Part shown: positions 12,796 through 25,449 of the stretch, in pieces
Numbering within the stretch: position 1 is the first letter of the stretch
How the letters are laid out: each line of letters opens with the position of its first letter
NCBI RefSeq assembly: GCF_006345805.1
Contig: NC_043004.1
Location: 31,868,001 to 31,932,000, forward strand
DNA length: 64,000 nt
Direction: 5' to 3'
Origin: Octopus sinensis
Taxonomy: Eukaryota
The notes under the pieces: model-generated
Databases searched by the model: none
What the model saw: the letters and a program-made list of their open reading frames with translations, nothing else
What the model was told of the DNA's origin: nothing
Made by a program: the position numbers and the translations under genes

Positions 12796-12808
12796 GTTTG
12801 TGTATATA

Positions 12809-12845
<37 letters not shown>

Positions 12846-12984
12846 ATATATATGTGTGTGTGTGTGTATATATATGTGTGTGTGTGTATATATATGTATG
12901 TGTGTGTATATATGTTTGTATGTGTGTATATGTGTGTGTGTGTACATATATATGTATGTGTGTGTATATGTGTATTTATATGAT

Positions 12985-13160
12985 AGATCGTTAGCTCCTA
13001 CACGCATTTTTTTCTCTCCTTGTTTTTTTCTGTCTGTCTTTCTGTTGAATAGCGTAGGCTCAAAACATAAATGACATTTTCTATTCCTGAGCGCTATACT
13101 AATACATTTGTTTGTTTGTACTCCACCTGCCTTCATCTTTTGTTTATTTTCGTAAACTTT
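12985..13160 (+). repeat. Dispersed repeat resembling a Penelope-like terminal repeat, with an inverted sister copy at about 14780-14930
   Basis: Shared gagcgtaggctc(g)aaac..ttctattcctgagcgctatactaatacatttgtttgttt in opposite orientations. The Penelope assignment is inference. Confidence 0.45.
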
Positions 13161-13203
13161 CCCTTTATATATGTATGGATATGTACGTATATATGTGTAT
13201 ATG

Positions 13204-13726
13204 TGGATCTTTACCCTTTGACCGGCAGATTTTGAAAATAATTTCTTTGTAACTAAACACTTTTAAACTTCGTATACTGGTAGAATGTGTTTATAAAACA
13301 TCTTTTTCTCTTCGCTTTCTTGAGAAAATTTTGTAGTATGTAAGCTATTTGTTGTTTAATTTCTGGCATTTCGACAGTTTCAACCAATCAATGACGTCTA
13401 TTGAGGTGAATTCAATTTCTGCTGTAGTGTGTCAACAACAATTATTTGCGGTGTCATATGAAAATGTCCCTGTTATTTATGACATATTTCATATCAGTTA
13501 CGTTTGTATGAATAAAAGATTATCGTTATTAAACTTTTTATTAATAAACACATGCCAAAATGCATGAAATTAAATAACAAATAGCTTACAAACTACAGAA
13601 TTTTCTCAAGAAAGCGAAGAGAAAAAGATGTTTTATAAACACATTCTACCAGTATACGAAGTTTAAAAGTGTTTAGTTACAAAGAAATTATTTTTTAAAA
13701 TCTGCCAATCAAAGCGAAAAGATCCA
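13204..13726. mobile_element. MITE with about 150-bp TIRs
   Basis: tggatcttt..ggcagattttgaaaataatttctttgtaactaaacac..gctatttgtt is mirrored at 13575-13726; about 210 bp of unique interior. Confidence 0.8.
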
Positions 13727-13749
13727 TATGTGTGTATATGTATATGCAT

Positions 13750-14700
13750 ATATATCATCGTTTAACGTCCGTTTTCCATGCTATGTATATGTATATATAT
13801 ATATATATGTATATCATCATCATCGTTTAACGTCCATTTTCAGTGCTAGCACGGGTTGGACGGTTCGACCGGGGTCTGTGGGGCCAGGAGGCTGCACCAG
13901 GCTCCAGTCTGATCTGGCAGTGTTTCTACAGCTGGATGCCCTTCCTAATGCCAACCACTCCATGAGTGTAATGAGTGCTTTCTATGTGCCAGGGGAGGCT
14001 GGCAGTGGCCATGATCGGTTGGTGCTTTTTACTTGCCACCAGTGCAGAAGCCTGTCAAGGCAGCACTGGCATCGGCCACGTTCGGATGGTGCTTTTTACA
14101 TGCCACCGGTACTGGTATTACAACTACAATTTCCATTTGATATTTAATTTGATGTTGATGTACTTGACTCAATAGGTCTCCTCAAGCACAACAGGTCACC
14201 CTATGATCCAAGGTAAGCACAGCAGATCGTTCTGCAATCCAAGGTGCTTTGGATAGGCTGGGGCTATGCGAAACTGGTGCAGGAAACAGCCATGAACTCA
14301 CATTATTTGTCGGGTCTTTGCAGTCACAGCATATCTCCATATATCTCGGTTTTTCGTCATTGCTACAGTGAGGCCCAATGTTCGAAGGTCATCCTTGACC
14401 ACCTCATTCCATGTCTTGCTGGGTCTACGTCTTCCCCGGATACCTTCAACTGTTTGGGATAGGCATTTCTTCACATGTCTCTCCTCATCCAAGACATGAC
14501 CATACCAGCGCAAGCGTCTCTCTTGCACACCACATCCGATGCTTCTTATGTCCAGCATTTCTCTCAGGGAGCTTTCCCTCTGTCGTGTGTGCACACTGAC
14601 ATTACACATCCAGCGGATCATGCTAGCTTCATTTCTTTCAAGCCTATGCATGTCCTCTGCAGTAACAGCCCATGTTTCACAAACGTGAAGCATGTCAGTT
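13750..14700 (-). mobile_element. 5'-truncated RTE LINE (ORF end plus 3' UTR)
   Basis: ORF 14298-14693 ETWAVTAEDMHRLERNEASMIRWMCNV..RRLRWYGHV; tail homologous to 61400-61625. Confidence 0.9.
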
Positions 14701-14720
14701 TCACGGTATACGTATATGTA

Positions 14721-14783
<63 letters not shown>

Positions 14784-14929
14784 GAAAGTTTACGAAAATA
14801 ATCAAAAAGCGAAGGCAGGTGGAGTTAGAAACAAACAAATGTATTAGTATAGCGCTCAGGAATAGAAATAGAAAAAGTCTTTTACGCTTCGAGCCTACGC
14901 TTTTCGATAGAAATATACACAGAAAAAAA

Positions 14930-14936
14930 GATGTAT

Positions 14937-14977
<41 letters not shown>

Positions 14978-15093
14978 TGTATGTATATATATGTAGTATA
15001 TATATATGTATGTATATATGTATGTATATATATGTATTAATATATTGTATGTATATATATGTATGTATATATATGTATGTTATTATATGTATG

Positions 15094-15126
<33 letters not shown>

Positions 15127-15154
15127 TATATATGTATGTATATATTATGTAGAT

Positions 15155-15188
<34 letters not shown>

Positions 15189-15740
15189 TGTATATATGTA
15201 TGTATATATATATATGTATATATATATATGTGTATGTATATGTATGTGTATGTATATATATGTGTATGTATATGTATGTGTATGTATATATGTATGTATG
15301 TATATGTATATATGTATGTATATGTATGTATATGTATATATGTATGTATATGTATATATGTATGTATGTATATATGTATGTATATGTATATATGTATGTA
15401 TATGTATGTATGTATATGTATTTATATATATGTATGTGTATATATGTATGTGTATGTATGTATATATGTGTGTGTATGTATATATGTGTGTATGTATATA
15501 TGTATGTATATGTATGTATGTATATGTATATATATATATGTGTATATGTATATATATGTATATGTATATATATATATATGTATATATGTATATATGTATA
15601 TATGATATATGTATATATGTATATGTATATATGTATATGTATATGTATATATATGTATATATGTATATATATATGTATATATGTGTATGTATATGTATAT
15701 GTGTGTATATATGTGTATGTATATGTTTATATATATATAT
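14930..15740. repeat. About 800-bp compound (TA/TG) microsatellite
   Basis: Directly visible. Similar arrays lie at about 5880-6165, 12070-12470, 12735-12980 and 18230-18570. Confidence 0.95.
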
Positions 15741-18230
15741 CTCATCAACACTGTACATGGAGGAAATAGTACTCCAACCAACCAGGGCAGGTCACATACT
15801 GGATCTCTGCTTCACAAATAATATGGATCTCATCCATTATGTGAAAGTGACACCGACGCTACTCTCGGATCACAACATGGTAGAGCTGACCATGTATGGG
15901 CCAAAGGAAAGCATGGACATGCAGCCTGCAAGAAACTCTCAGAATCCTTCCAGCTTGAACTTCCATAAGGCAAACTGGAAACAAATTGAGAAAGAGATCC
16001 TCAAACAAAACTGGCCTAAATGTCTCTCCTCACCAGACATCGACATGAAACTTCAACAATTCATGTCTGTAATGCAAGCCATATGCTACAAATGTGTCCC
16101 AGTGGGAAAGGCCACTGTACAAAGAACAAAAATCCCCAGAAGAGAGAAATTCTTAGGAGACGGCGTACAAAAGTTTCAAATCGCCTAACAAACAAATTGA
16201 AAGCAGTGAAAAGTCCTGCCTGAAAAAAACCTGTTGGAAATTGAAAAATGTCTGCAACTCTCCCATGAAAAAGAAAGAGCAGACAAGAAGCCTGGGCTAT
16301 AGACAACATAAAATCTAACCCCAGAGCTTTCTACAAGTTTGCCAAAGAAACAGCTCCGGTGCACTGTAGGATATGGCCACTCCTTGAAAAAGATGGTACA
16401 CTCACAGGAAATCCAATGAGGATAAGTGAAATACTAAATGAGCAATTCAAAAGTATTTTCAATCCACCCCTAGGGCATTTTCAAGTCAGCAATCCAACTG
16501 ACTTCTTTACCACTGCAGATTAAAATCAGAGGCAATGATGATTGATTACATCAATATAAAGGAAGACAATGTAATAAGGGCTATAGATGAAATGAACCCA
16601 AACTCAGCTACTGGCCCCAATGGATTCCCAGCAATCCTTCTTAAAGTATGTAAGCGAGTCCTAGCAAGACCACTGCAGTTCCTCTTTCAGAGCTTCCTTG
16701 CAACTGGCAAACTTCCAAGAAAACTGAAGGAGGGTAAAATATGCCCTATTCATAAAGGAGGTTGCAGAGCGGAGGCCAAGAACTACAAACCTATCTCTCT
16801 GACCTCACACATCAGCAAGGTCATGGAATGAATAGTCAGAAGGAAACTAATCACCTTCCTTGAAGAAAATGACTTGCTGCCTGACACCCAACATGGTTTC
16901 CGACCAGGAAGAAGCTGCCTAACTCAGCTCCTACAGCACTATGACTGGGTGCTGAAACAACTGCTCAACCACTCCAGTGTGGAAGTGATATATCTCGACT
17001 TTGCAAAGGCCTGTGATAAAGTCGATCATGGAATGATATGTCATAAACTGCGTGATCTTGGCATAGTTGGAAAATTGGGAGAATGGCTTCATGACTTTCT
17101 GAAGGATAGAAGTCAGGTGGTAGTAGCCAATGGGGCCACCTCCAATAACACGCAAATAGTGAGTGATGTTCCACAAGGTACTGTTTTGGGACCACTGCTG
17201 TTCATAATGGCCCCCTCAGACATGCCTTCAGTCACGCAGAGAGCCACGATCACAAGTTATGCAGATGATACAAAAGTTTCGCTGGTAATACAGAACCCTG
17301 AAGACACTATGCACCTGCAATGTGAGCTGGACGAAATATACAAGTGGGCTGAAAAGAATAGCATGCAGTTCAATGCTGAAAAGTTTCAAGCTTTATGCTA
17401 TCAGCATGCAAAACTAAATGCAATATCCAATAAATACACTAGACCTGGAGATATTGCAATCCCAGAGGCACAATCAGTGCGAGACCTGGGTATTTACATG
17501 AGTAATGATGCAACCTTTCATGTGCATGTTGCTAAATTGGCAATGAAATGTAGGCGGCTGACCGGATGGATTCTTAGAGCTTTTAGAACAGGAAACCATG
17601 ATGGTCCTCTGGAGGACACTTGTCCTAAGCCACTTTGACTATTGCTCTCAGCTATGGTCACCAACCAGTGTCAAATTAATCTCAGAACTTGAGGCAATCC
17701 AACGAAGCTACATGAAGAAGATAGCCTCTATGCAGCATATAAGCTATTGGGAAAGACTGAAGAGATTAAGACTCTATTCCTTAGAGCGTAGGCGAGAAAG
17801 ATATGCCATAATATACATCTGGAAGGACTTGTCCCAAACTTTGGCATCGAGAGTTACACAAATACTAGAACTGGACGCCACTGCATAGTGCCAAGGACTC
17901 CAAATTTGCCATCAAGATGTCGGACAAGATACTGCAATAGCCTGGGCTTCAGAGGTCCACAACTCTTCAATATCCTCCCGAAGGACCTGAGAGACCTGCA
18001 TGGGGTGGATGCAGATGTCTTCAAAATAAAGTCAGACCTCTTCCTGTCAGGTGTCCCAGATGAACCAACTTCACAGCAGGAGGTGCAGATGAGGGCAGCT
18101 GCATCAAACTCTCTCATGCACCAAATGTCAATTGCTAAAAAGCATTCGTGAAGTAAAATCATGGAGCAACACCGAATGGCGGTTCCCCAGATTGGCCACA
18201 GCTCGTGAGCTGAAACTAGATGAAATGGAA
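15741..18230 (+). mobile_element. Degraded 5'-truncated CR1/L2/jockey-type LINE (APE C-terminus plus RT)
   Basis: [12 protein letters not shown] (APE end), QHGFRPGRSC, YLDFAKACDKVDH, VPQGTVLGPLLF and YADD (RT). Several stops and frameshifts split it into ORFs 16535-16831, 16874-17638, 17598-17888 and 17888-18151. Confidence 0.9.
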
Positions 18231-18399
18231 AAACATACACATATATATACATATATATATATATACATACATATACATATATATATATACATACATATAC
18301 ATATATATATATACACATATATATACATATATAAAACATATATACATATATGTGTGTGTGTATATATATATATATATATACATACATATATGTATATAC

Positions 18400-18442
<43 letters not shown>

Positions 18443-18512
18443 TATGTATACACACATATATGTATATACATATGTATACACAATTATATATATATATATA
18501 CATATACACACA

Positions 18513-18575
<63 letters not shown>

Positions 18576-19539
18576 TCATTTACACCTTCTACCCACCTAC
18601 TATTGGACAGCATACAGTGGTGGATCCTCTTTTTGTCTTACAGGGTACCATGGCAACTTCAGTGATTCAGGTGAACGAATACAGTAGTTGAGACATAGTG
18701 CTATTATTGTTATTCTCCTGGATTTTTTTTTGTGATTCCATCCCTGTTTACCATAATAAATATGGTAGTTGAGAGAAGGGCCTGTTATTGTTTTTCTTCT
18801 GAATGTTTTTTTGTGATTCTGTCCATTAGTTTTCCTGCAATTGTTACTTGTGAGCTGTATATATGCAACTGTTTATTTTTTCGCTCAGGAGTCCAGTTGG
18901 AGGGTAGAATTAGACACAGGGTCTCAAGTTTGAGATGGTTAATCCTGTCTTGTTGAAGACATGACAACCTATCCGGTTAGCACCATGGTAAAATACAGTT
19001 TTATCCCCAAAATTGATTATAATATTAGAGGCAATGCAATATCTAAAGGATTCTTTTGTCTTACTAAGGACATGACAACCTCACTGCTTGAAATGCACTC
19101 CGTACGCTCTGCAAAGTGGTTGTAGTTAGGAAGTGTACGAAGCAAAAGAAACCATGTTGAACTTGGAAGTAATAGTGAAGTTGAACTTTAATATAACTAA
19201 AATAAATTCTAATTTAGTTGAAATATAAAAGTGAAGCAAAAAATTGGTTTTTCTTTGTTCAAAATACACATAAACACAGTGCCCTATATACTTACAGATT
19301 TTAATTTATTTTTTTAATACATTACATATTTGGCTACTCATGCATAGAATAAGCGTTGTTTTATTTTGTTTCACTGTACTGATTGTTTTGAAACAAACGC
19401 ACTCTTAACAATTGCTATTTTAAGAACATTGAACTTTTAAAGTAGATCATGATACTTGAATTGAATAAACAAACTTTTGTGTTGGGTTTGTTATTGTGCA
19501 GGTGTGCCTGTGTTTGTTTTCTGAATTCAGAAGTTTAGA

Positions 19540-20017
19540 GATGTAACACAGTGTGTGGAGCTTTAGACAAGTGCTTTCTACTACAGTCCTGGGCCAACTA
19601 GAGCTTTGTGAACAGGTTTAGCTGGCAGAAACTGAAAGAAGCCCATTGCTTATATGGCAAGAGGTTTGCTTCCCAACCACATGGTTCAAGGTTCAGTCTC
19701 ACTTCATGGTAACTTAGGCAAGTCTTCTACTATATCCTTGGGCTGACCAAAGCCTTGTGAGTGTATTCGGTAGACAGAAACTGAAAGAAGTCCATCATAT
19801 ATATATATATATACATATGTGGATGTGTGTCTTTGTGTTTGCCCCCCACCACCTCTTGACAACTAGTGTTGGTGTGTTTATATTCCCCGTAACTTAGCTG
19901 TTCTGCAAAAGAGACCTAGAGAATAAATACTAGGCTTAGGGGTTGATTTGTTTGACTAAAACCTTTCAAGGCAATGCCCCATCATGGCCACAGTCAAATG
20001 ATTGAAGCAAGTAAAAG
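19540..20017 (+). mobile_element. Two adjacent degenerate family-A SINE copies
   Basis: Repeated gtgtcttctacta..gaaactgaaagaagccc head and catggccacagtcaaatga tail. Confidence 0.65.
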
Positions 20018-21161
20018 TTAAAAAGTATATCTATTTACTGTACATATATGTGTGTGTTTGTGCATGCATGTCTTAGTGTTTCGTTGCTTTGATATCACAT
20101 GGTAGTTGTAAACAAGTGTCATCATGCAAGCGGTGTTTTCTTTTCCAAATATTCTGTGAAAACATGTCTGCTCATGAGGTAATATTACCTTACTAGAAAA
20201 CAGGTGAGGGCTGGTGACAAGAAGGGCACCCACCTCTAGAAAACCAATCTCACCAAATTCTGTCTGACTCAAGTAAGCCTGGAAAGGTGGATGTTATAAC
20301 AATGATGATAGTTGAGAAGCTGAAAAGATGCAACAACTTATAGTATATTTTATAATATCCCCTGAACAATATTCTGGTAAGAGATGGGCTTCTGTCTTCT
20401 CTATTGGGCAGAATTCTGTTTTTCATATGGCATATGAAATTTTCAGAAAAGTTTTGCAAATTTGTATTTGACACATGGGAATTCACAAGACTATAAAAAA
20501 ATTTAAAAGAAATCTTTTTAAAAATTCAGTTTAAAATACTCACAGTCCAAATTTTTGGCTTAAATCCCAACAGTAGACCATTAAATAAGTTTATCGGGAG
20601 AAGATATTGAAAAACATCAATACATCAAACTGACAAACAAACAATGAGGGTATGAGGTGGCCATGAGATGTGCTAAAAATAACAGCTAAATAGCCTTTAA
20701 ATCACACAGCAAAATTTTTTTGCTTTCAGTTTTTGCATAATCATATGAATTCCTCTGTGTGGGATACAAATTCACAAAATTTTCTTAAAATTCAAAAAAA
20801 TAAATCTTCTGAGTGGTTGGTTATATTGCTGTGCATAAAGCAGAATTTTACCCTCTGTTGCTTATCTTTTCTACAGACCAGTGATTTTCATTTGGGGTCC
20901 ATATGACCCATTGAAGGTCCATGCAAGCAAAATAATAAATTGGATCTGCAGCATTATTTTAAGGGTCCATGAAGAAATTTTGCTAGAAACAGCTAGGTTT
21001 CTTTCACTAATGATTTACACAGTTCAACCTATACAAGTAAATGTATGATTGAGACACACTTCTATGGACAATCAATTGCAGCAATAGCTTTTTACTGATA
21101 TTGAACCATTATTACATATATCTTTTACTTATATTTCAGGCATAACTACCTCAGCTTCAAT

Positions 21162-21223
21162 ATGATGCCAGTAATATCTCCGGGGGAAGGCTATTCAAAA
21201 TCTCAAGTTTCTGTGAAAACTCG
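21162..21223 (+). CDS. Multi-Tudor protein, first coding exon (exon 21140-21223; MMPVISPGEGYSKSQVSVKT)
   Basis: Acceptor atatttcAG at 21139 and donor CG|GTAACT at 21224. Its phase 2 end joins exon 22922 in frame (CG+A = Arg). Confidence 0.7.
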
Positions 21224-22921
21224 GTAACTCTCTGCTATTATGATTTGTTCTTTTCTTTAAAAATGTTGATGATAGTATTTCCCTGCAGCTGTTGCATTTG
21301 GTTGAAAGTTTCTGAAGTGATTCTTCTGTCTGTCCCTTCAAGGAAACCGCACTTACCAAAACAAAAAAAAAATGTTTTTTGTGTATTTGTTTTATAAGAT
21401 TTGTGATGAGAAATTGTGTGTTGAAGCAGATATTGTTACATTTGGGAATGTTTTTTCTGTTTTGTTTTTATTCTTTTCCAATTAACTTCACTCCGCTTTA
21501 TTATTATTCAAGAAAATAAAGCTGAAGTGAAGACCACCAAGTATATAAGTGTGTGTGGCTAATTAGTAAAAAATACCCCTTAAAAACAAGCACATGACCA
21601 TTACCAAATTAAATAAAATACTTTTTCAGTTATATATAGAAAAGTTTCTGGAGAGAATAGGAGTTGAGTATCACCAACTGAACATCGTAATATTTTGGAA
21701 AAAGTATATTGCATATATTTAGTATTTGTCAAGGATTTCAACAAATTTTGCTGAAATATCTGGTATTAATCATCATTCAATGTCCATGTTCCATAGTTTG
21801 ACAAGATCTGAGAGGTCTAAAGACTGCATACCCCAGTGTCAGCTTTGGAATGGTTTCTACAGCTGGATACCCTTCTTGATGCCAACCACTTTGCAGCATA
21901 TACTAGGTGCTTTTTTCCATGGCACCAGCATGGTCACCATGCAGCTTGCAAAACCGGTCTCCTTCAAATAAGTAGGACTACATTAGATAAAGAAGCAGCT
22001 TTAAATTAGGGTAAGAAGGGTTCAAGTCTGAGAGAAAGGGCCTAAGCAGAACGGGTTTCTTGCAATAGAAGAGCTACATGGTTACTCACACTATAGAGTT
22101 GGGGTGGTTGGGGTGCAGCTGAAAAGAGATTAAAAGTAATGAGGTGTCGCAGTGGATCCTTGAGATATAAGGACAAGGTGAGCAGAAGTGAGTGTGGACA
22201 GGAGAACAGGGAATATTGGTGGGTTGAGGTTGGGAGGTTGTGTAGGAGAGTGAGAGGTGGAAATTGAGTGAGAATGTGAATATTATGAGGAACAAGTGTT
22301 CTGGGATAAGTAGAAAAGGTAGGGAAGAGTCAGAAACTAATGCAGTTATTTGCATTACTTTTGATTTACCTTTGTATATGGCATTGTCTGTTGAAAGATG
22401 TTGCCATTAAATAAAATCTGGGCAGTATCTCTCTCATTTCTTTGTAGGTGAACAATAAATAGTAATCAGTGGTGCTTTATCCTAAATATACATTTAGTAA
22501 TACATAGTGAAGTACCACAAATAACATTCTAGAAGAAACTCTAGTAAATATGTTTGCTGTAATGTAGAAAATAAATACGGAACATAAATTAAAAGACAGA
22601 TTTTATTCTATAAGAAAGTACCAAATGGAATAGATTTCCTACTTGCACTATTAGATAACAGCTGGTTCCAATGGAGAAGCATTTACAAGTGACACCATAT
22701 TCTGTATTGAATGCAGGTCTGTCTATACCCATAGTAGATTAAAAGAGCTAATGTGTGTGTGTAGTTAAGAAAGTCACTTTGCAACTGCATGGTTTCCAGT
22801 ACAGTTCCACTGTGCAACAACTTGGGCTAGTGTTTTCTACAATAGATCTTGGGATAATCATGTGTATACACTGAAATGTACACACAAGTATGTATATTAT
22901 TTTTCAACATTATATTTTCAG

Positions 22922-23190
22922 ATCTGGATCCTTCACATATGGATTTAAGAGCCCAGAGTTTCCAGTTGGTACCTCTCTCAATGTCATGATTACTCATGTT
23001 ACCAGTCCACAATATTTCCACTGCCAAGGTACGAGATATGCACCAGCATTTGGCCAACTTGCAGACAAGATTCATATGCATTATTCCCAATTGCAACCTG
23101 AAGAGGAAATCTTGATGTTAGTATCACCAGGCCAACCGTGCATAGCTCAATATAGCATGGATAAATCGTGGTACAGAGCCAAAGTTAACC
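22922..23190 (+). CDS. Multi-Tudor protein exon (N-terminal half of eTudor 1)
   Basis: VMITHVTSPQYFHCQ..PCIAQYSMDKSWYRAKVN; tttcAG acceptor and C|GTAAGT donor (phase 1). Confidence 0.92.
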
Positions 23191-23262
23191 GTAAGTTACT
23201 TTCAGTAAATTTGCAATTTTATTTTCATCACACTACCACTATTCCTCAATTATCATCATCAT

Positions 23263-23405
23263 AGGCACTGGTATGGCTGTGTGATAAGAAGCTTGTTTCC
23301 CAACCATATGGTCCCAGGTTCCGTCCCACTGTGTGACACCTTGGGCAAGTGTCCTTTACTATAACCTCGGGTTGACCAAAGCCTTGTGAGTGGATTTGGT
23401 AGAGT
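23263..23405 (+). mobile_element. Family-A SINE head fragment
   Basis: Homologous to 1955-2100. Confidence 0.7.
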
Positions 23406-23797
23406 AAAAAATAGAAGGTAAATGGTCATCATTGTCATTAGCGATAACGGCTGTGAAATGTTAGTTCTCTCCTTGCAGTACACCTGTTTCCATTATCATT
23501 ACAACTATCCCTTAATCCTTATGATTGTCGGTGATAAAAGTTGTGAAATGTTAGTTGACTTTTCAAAATACATCTAGTTTGTCCACATATATCAACACTG
23601 ATGTCGAATTTTAGTGTTTAATGTTATTTGTAACACATGCGCAAATATAGCCATGTGCTTAAAGAGTTCACTTCACAACTACACAGTTCTGGGTTTAACC
23701 CTATTGTGCAATATAATAGGCATGTGTTTTCCATCATAACCCTGGATTGATGAGATTTGGTGAATGACAACTGTGGAAACTTATCTTGTGTGTGTGG

Positions 23798-23832
<35 letters not shown>

Positions 23833-23944
23833 TATGTATATATGTATAAACTGGGTTATCAGATGTTATGCATCACAGGTCACAGTACACATTGCAATGT
23901 TGTACTATTTAAATGACACCATTCTGCTGATCAGGTGGGCAGGC

Positions 23945-23976
<32 letters not shown>

Positions 23977-25093
23977 CACATACATACATGCAGAGAGAGA
24001 GAGATGTATAATATTTGTATGTGTGGATGCAGACATGGTTGTGTAGTTAAGAAGTTCACTTCTGAATCATTTGGTTTCAGGTTCAGTTTCACGCTGCATC
24101 ACCTTGGGCAAGTGTCTTTCTATAGTCTTAGACCAACCAAAACCTGATGCGTAGATTTGGAGAACAAAATCTGAAAGAAACTCATTGTGTGTCTATTAGC
24201 TTGCATTTGTGCTTCTCTGAAAATTTACTTAGCTACAGGCAGGAACATTACTGCCATTTCTCCTATCATCAGCCGGTTATCTGCTGGTTTTTCACCTTCA
24301 ATGATACATGAGAAAAGTTATTCTTTACTTGAAAAAGGAAAATCAAATAATAGTTAACGACAGAAAGGGTATCTAGCTGTAAAACGTCTCAATAATATAC
24401 TCACCTAACTCATTCTGGCATATAAAAACGAATGAGAAACAAAATAAGTTTGTATATGTATAATTGTGTCTATAAAACAGTGTGATGATTTATGTTCCTT
24501 TACATTGAAGGAATACTAGGCATTCATTAAATAGAGGACTGAAGTAAGTATTGGGTTTGATCTAATTGACTAAAACCCTCATTTTGTGCACCAACATGTG
24601 TGCCAACAGTCCAATGACTAATGTCAGTAAAATAAGAATCTAATTTGTTATAAACATAGTAAACTTTCTGTAATGATAACATTGGTGATCTAATAACAAT
24701 CTAATTAGTGTGAACTCTCTTCCTTTCTCTTTCTATCGCTTTCTCCTTCTCACTTATAGGTTTTTATTATTTTTGGTCACATAATCCCAAAGCATTTTTG
24801 TGTTTGACTCTTAACTCAACCCTCTTCTGGTTCAATCATACTTTATGTGATTCTTAGAGAATTGTTCACTTTCTGTATTTCCTTATAACCAAACTCTTCT
24901 TTTCGTGGGATAGTGCTGACATATATTAGTTTTAACACTTTAACTTTCGGATTACACTGTCAAAGGTAATGTTTATTCATTCGTATTGTTTTGAATTAAT
25001 CAGGCATTATTTTGTAGCTTTGAGATTTTTATGTGATTGAATATATTTAGAATGATATTGTAGGATAGGTATGAGGGGCCAAATGGGACTGGT

Positions 25094-25332
25094 TTAACCC
25101 TTTAGCATTCAAATCGGCCATATCTGGCCAAAATATTCTGCCTGTTTTATGTTCAAACTGGCTAGATCTGGCCCCTGCCATCTACCTTATAATGTCATTC
25201 TAAAAATAAAGTCACATCTTTGAAATTTCAAAGCTACAAGATAATACCTGGTTAATTGAAAACAGTATGAATAAATAAGCATTATATTTGACAGTAATCT
25301 GAATGCTAAAGTGTCAAATACGAAAGGGTTAA
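25094..25332. mobile_element. piggyBac-type MITE (TTAA flanks)
   Basis: TTAA|CCCTTTAGCATTC...GGG|TTAA. Sister copies at about 34210-34420 and 45797-46049, plus an inverted partial copy at about 24930-25080. Confidence 0.7.
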
Positions 25333-25449
25333 TGTTTATTAGGGTTTTGACATTTTGAAATACATTCCTCACTTCTTCAAATTCTGTACTCAAGTTATTT
25401 CTTGATACTAATATTATCATTGCTTTTTTTTTCTTTTGTTTTATTTCAG

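Noticed and set aside
14947-16188. 413-aa ORF
   Set aside because: The first two thirds are translated TA/TG microsatellite fused by chance to the LINE endonuclease remnant.
18644-18670. Candidate exon with perfect Kozak accATGG (MATSVIQ)
   Set aside because: The phase-0 donor leads to an immediate stop in exon 21140, and the flanking sequence is partly repeated at about 19045-19085, suggesting a repeat.
12066-18691. Many Y/I/M/C/V or H/T/Y/I-rich ORFs on both strands
   Set aside because: Dinucleotide microsatellites lack stop codons; these are not genes.
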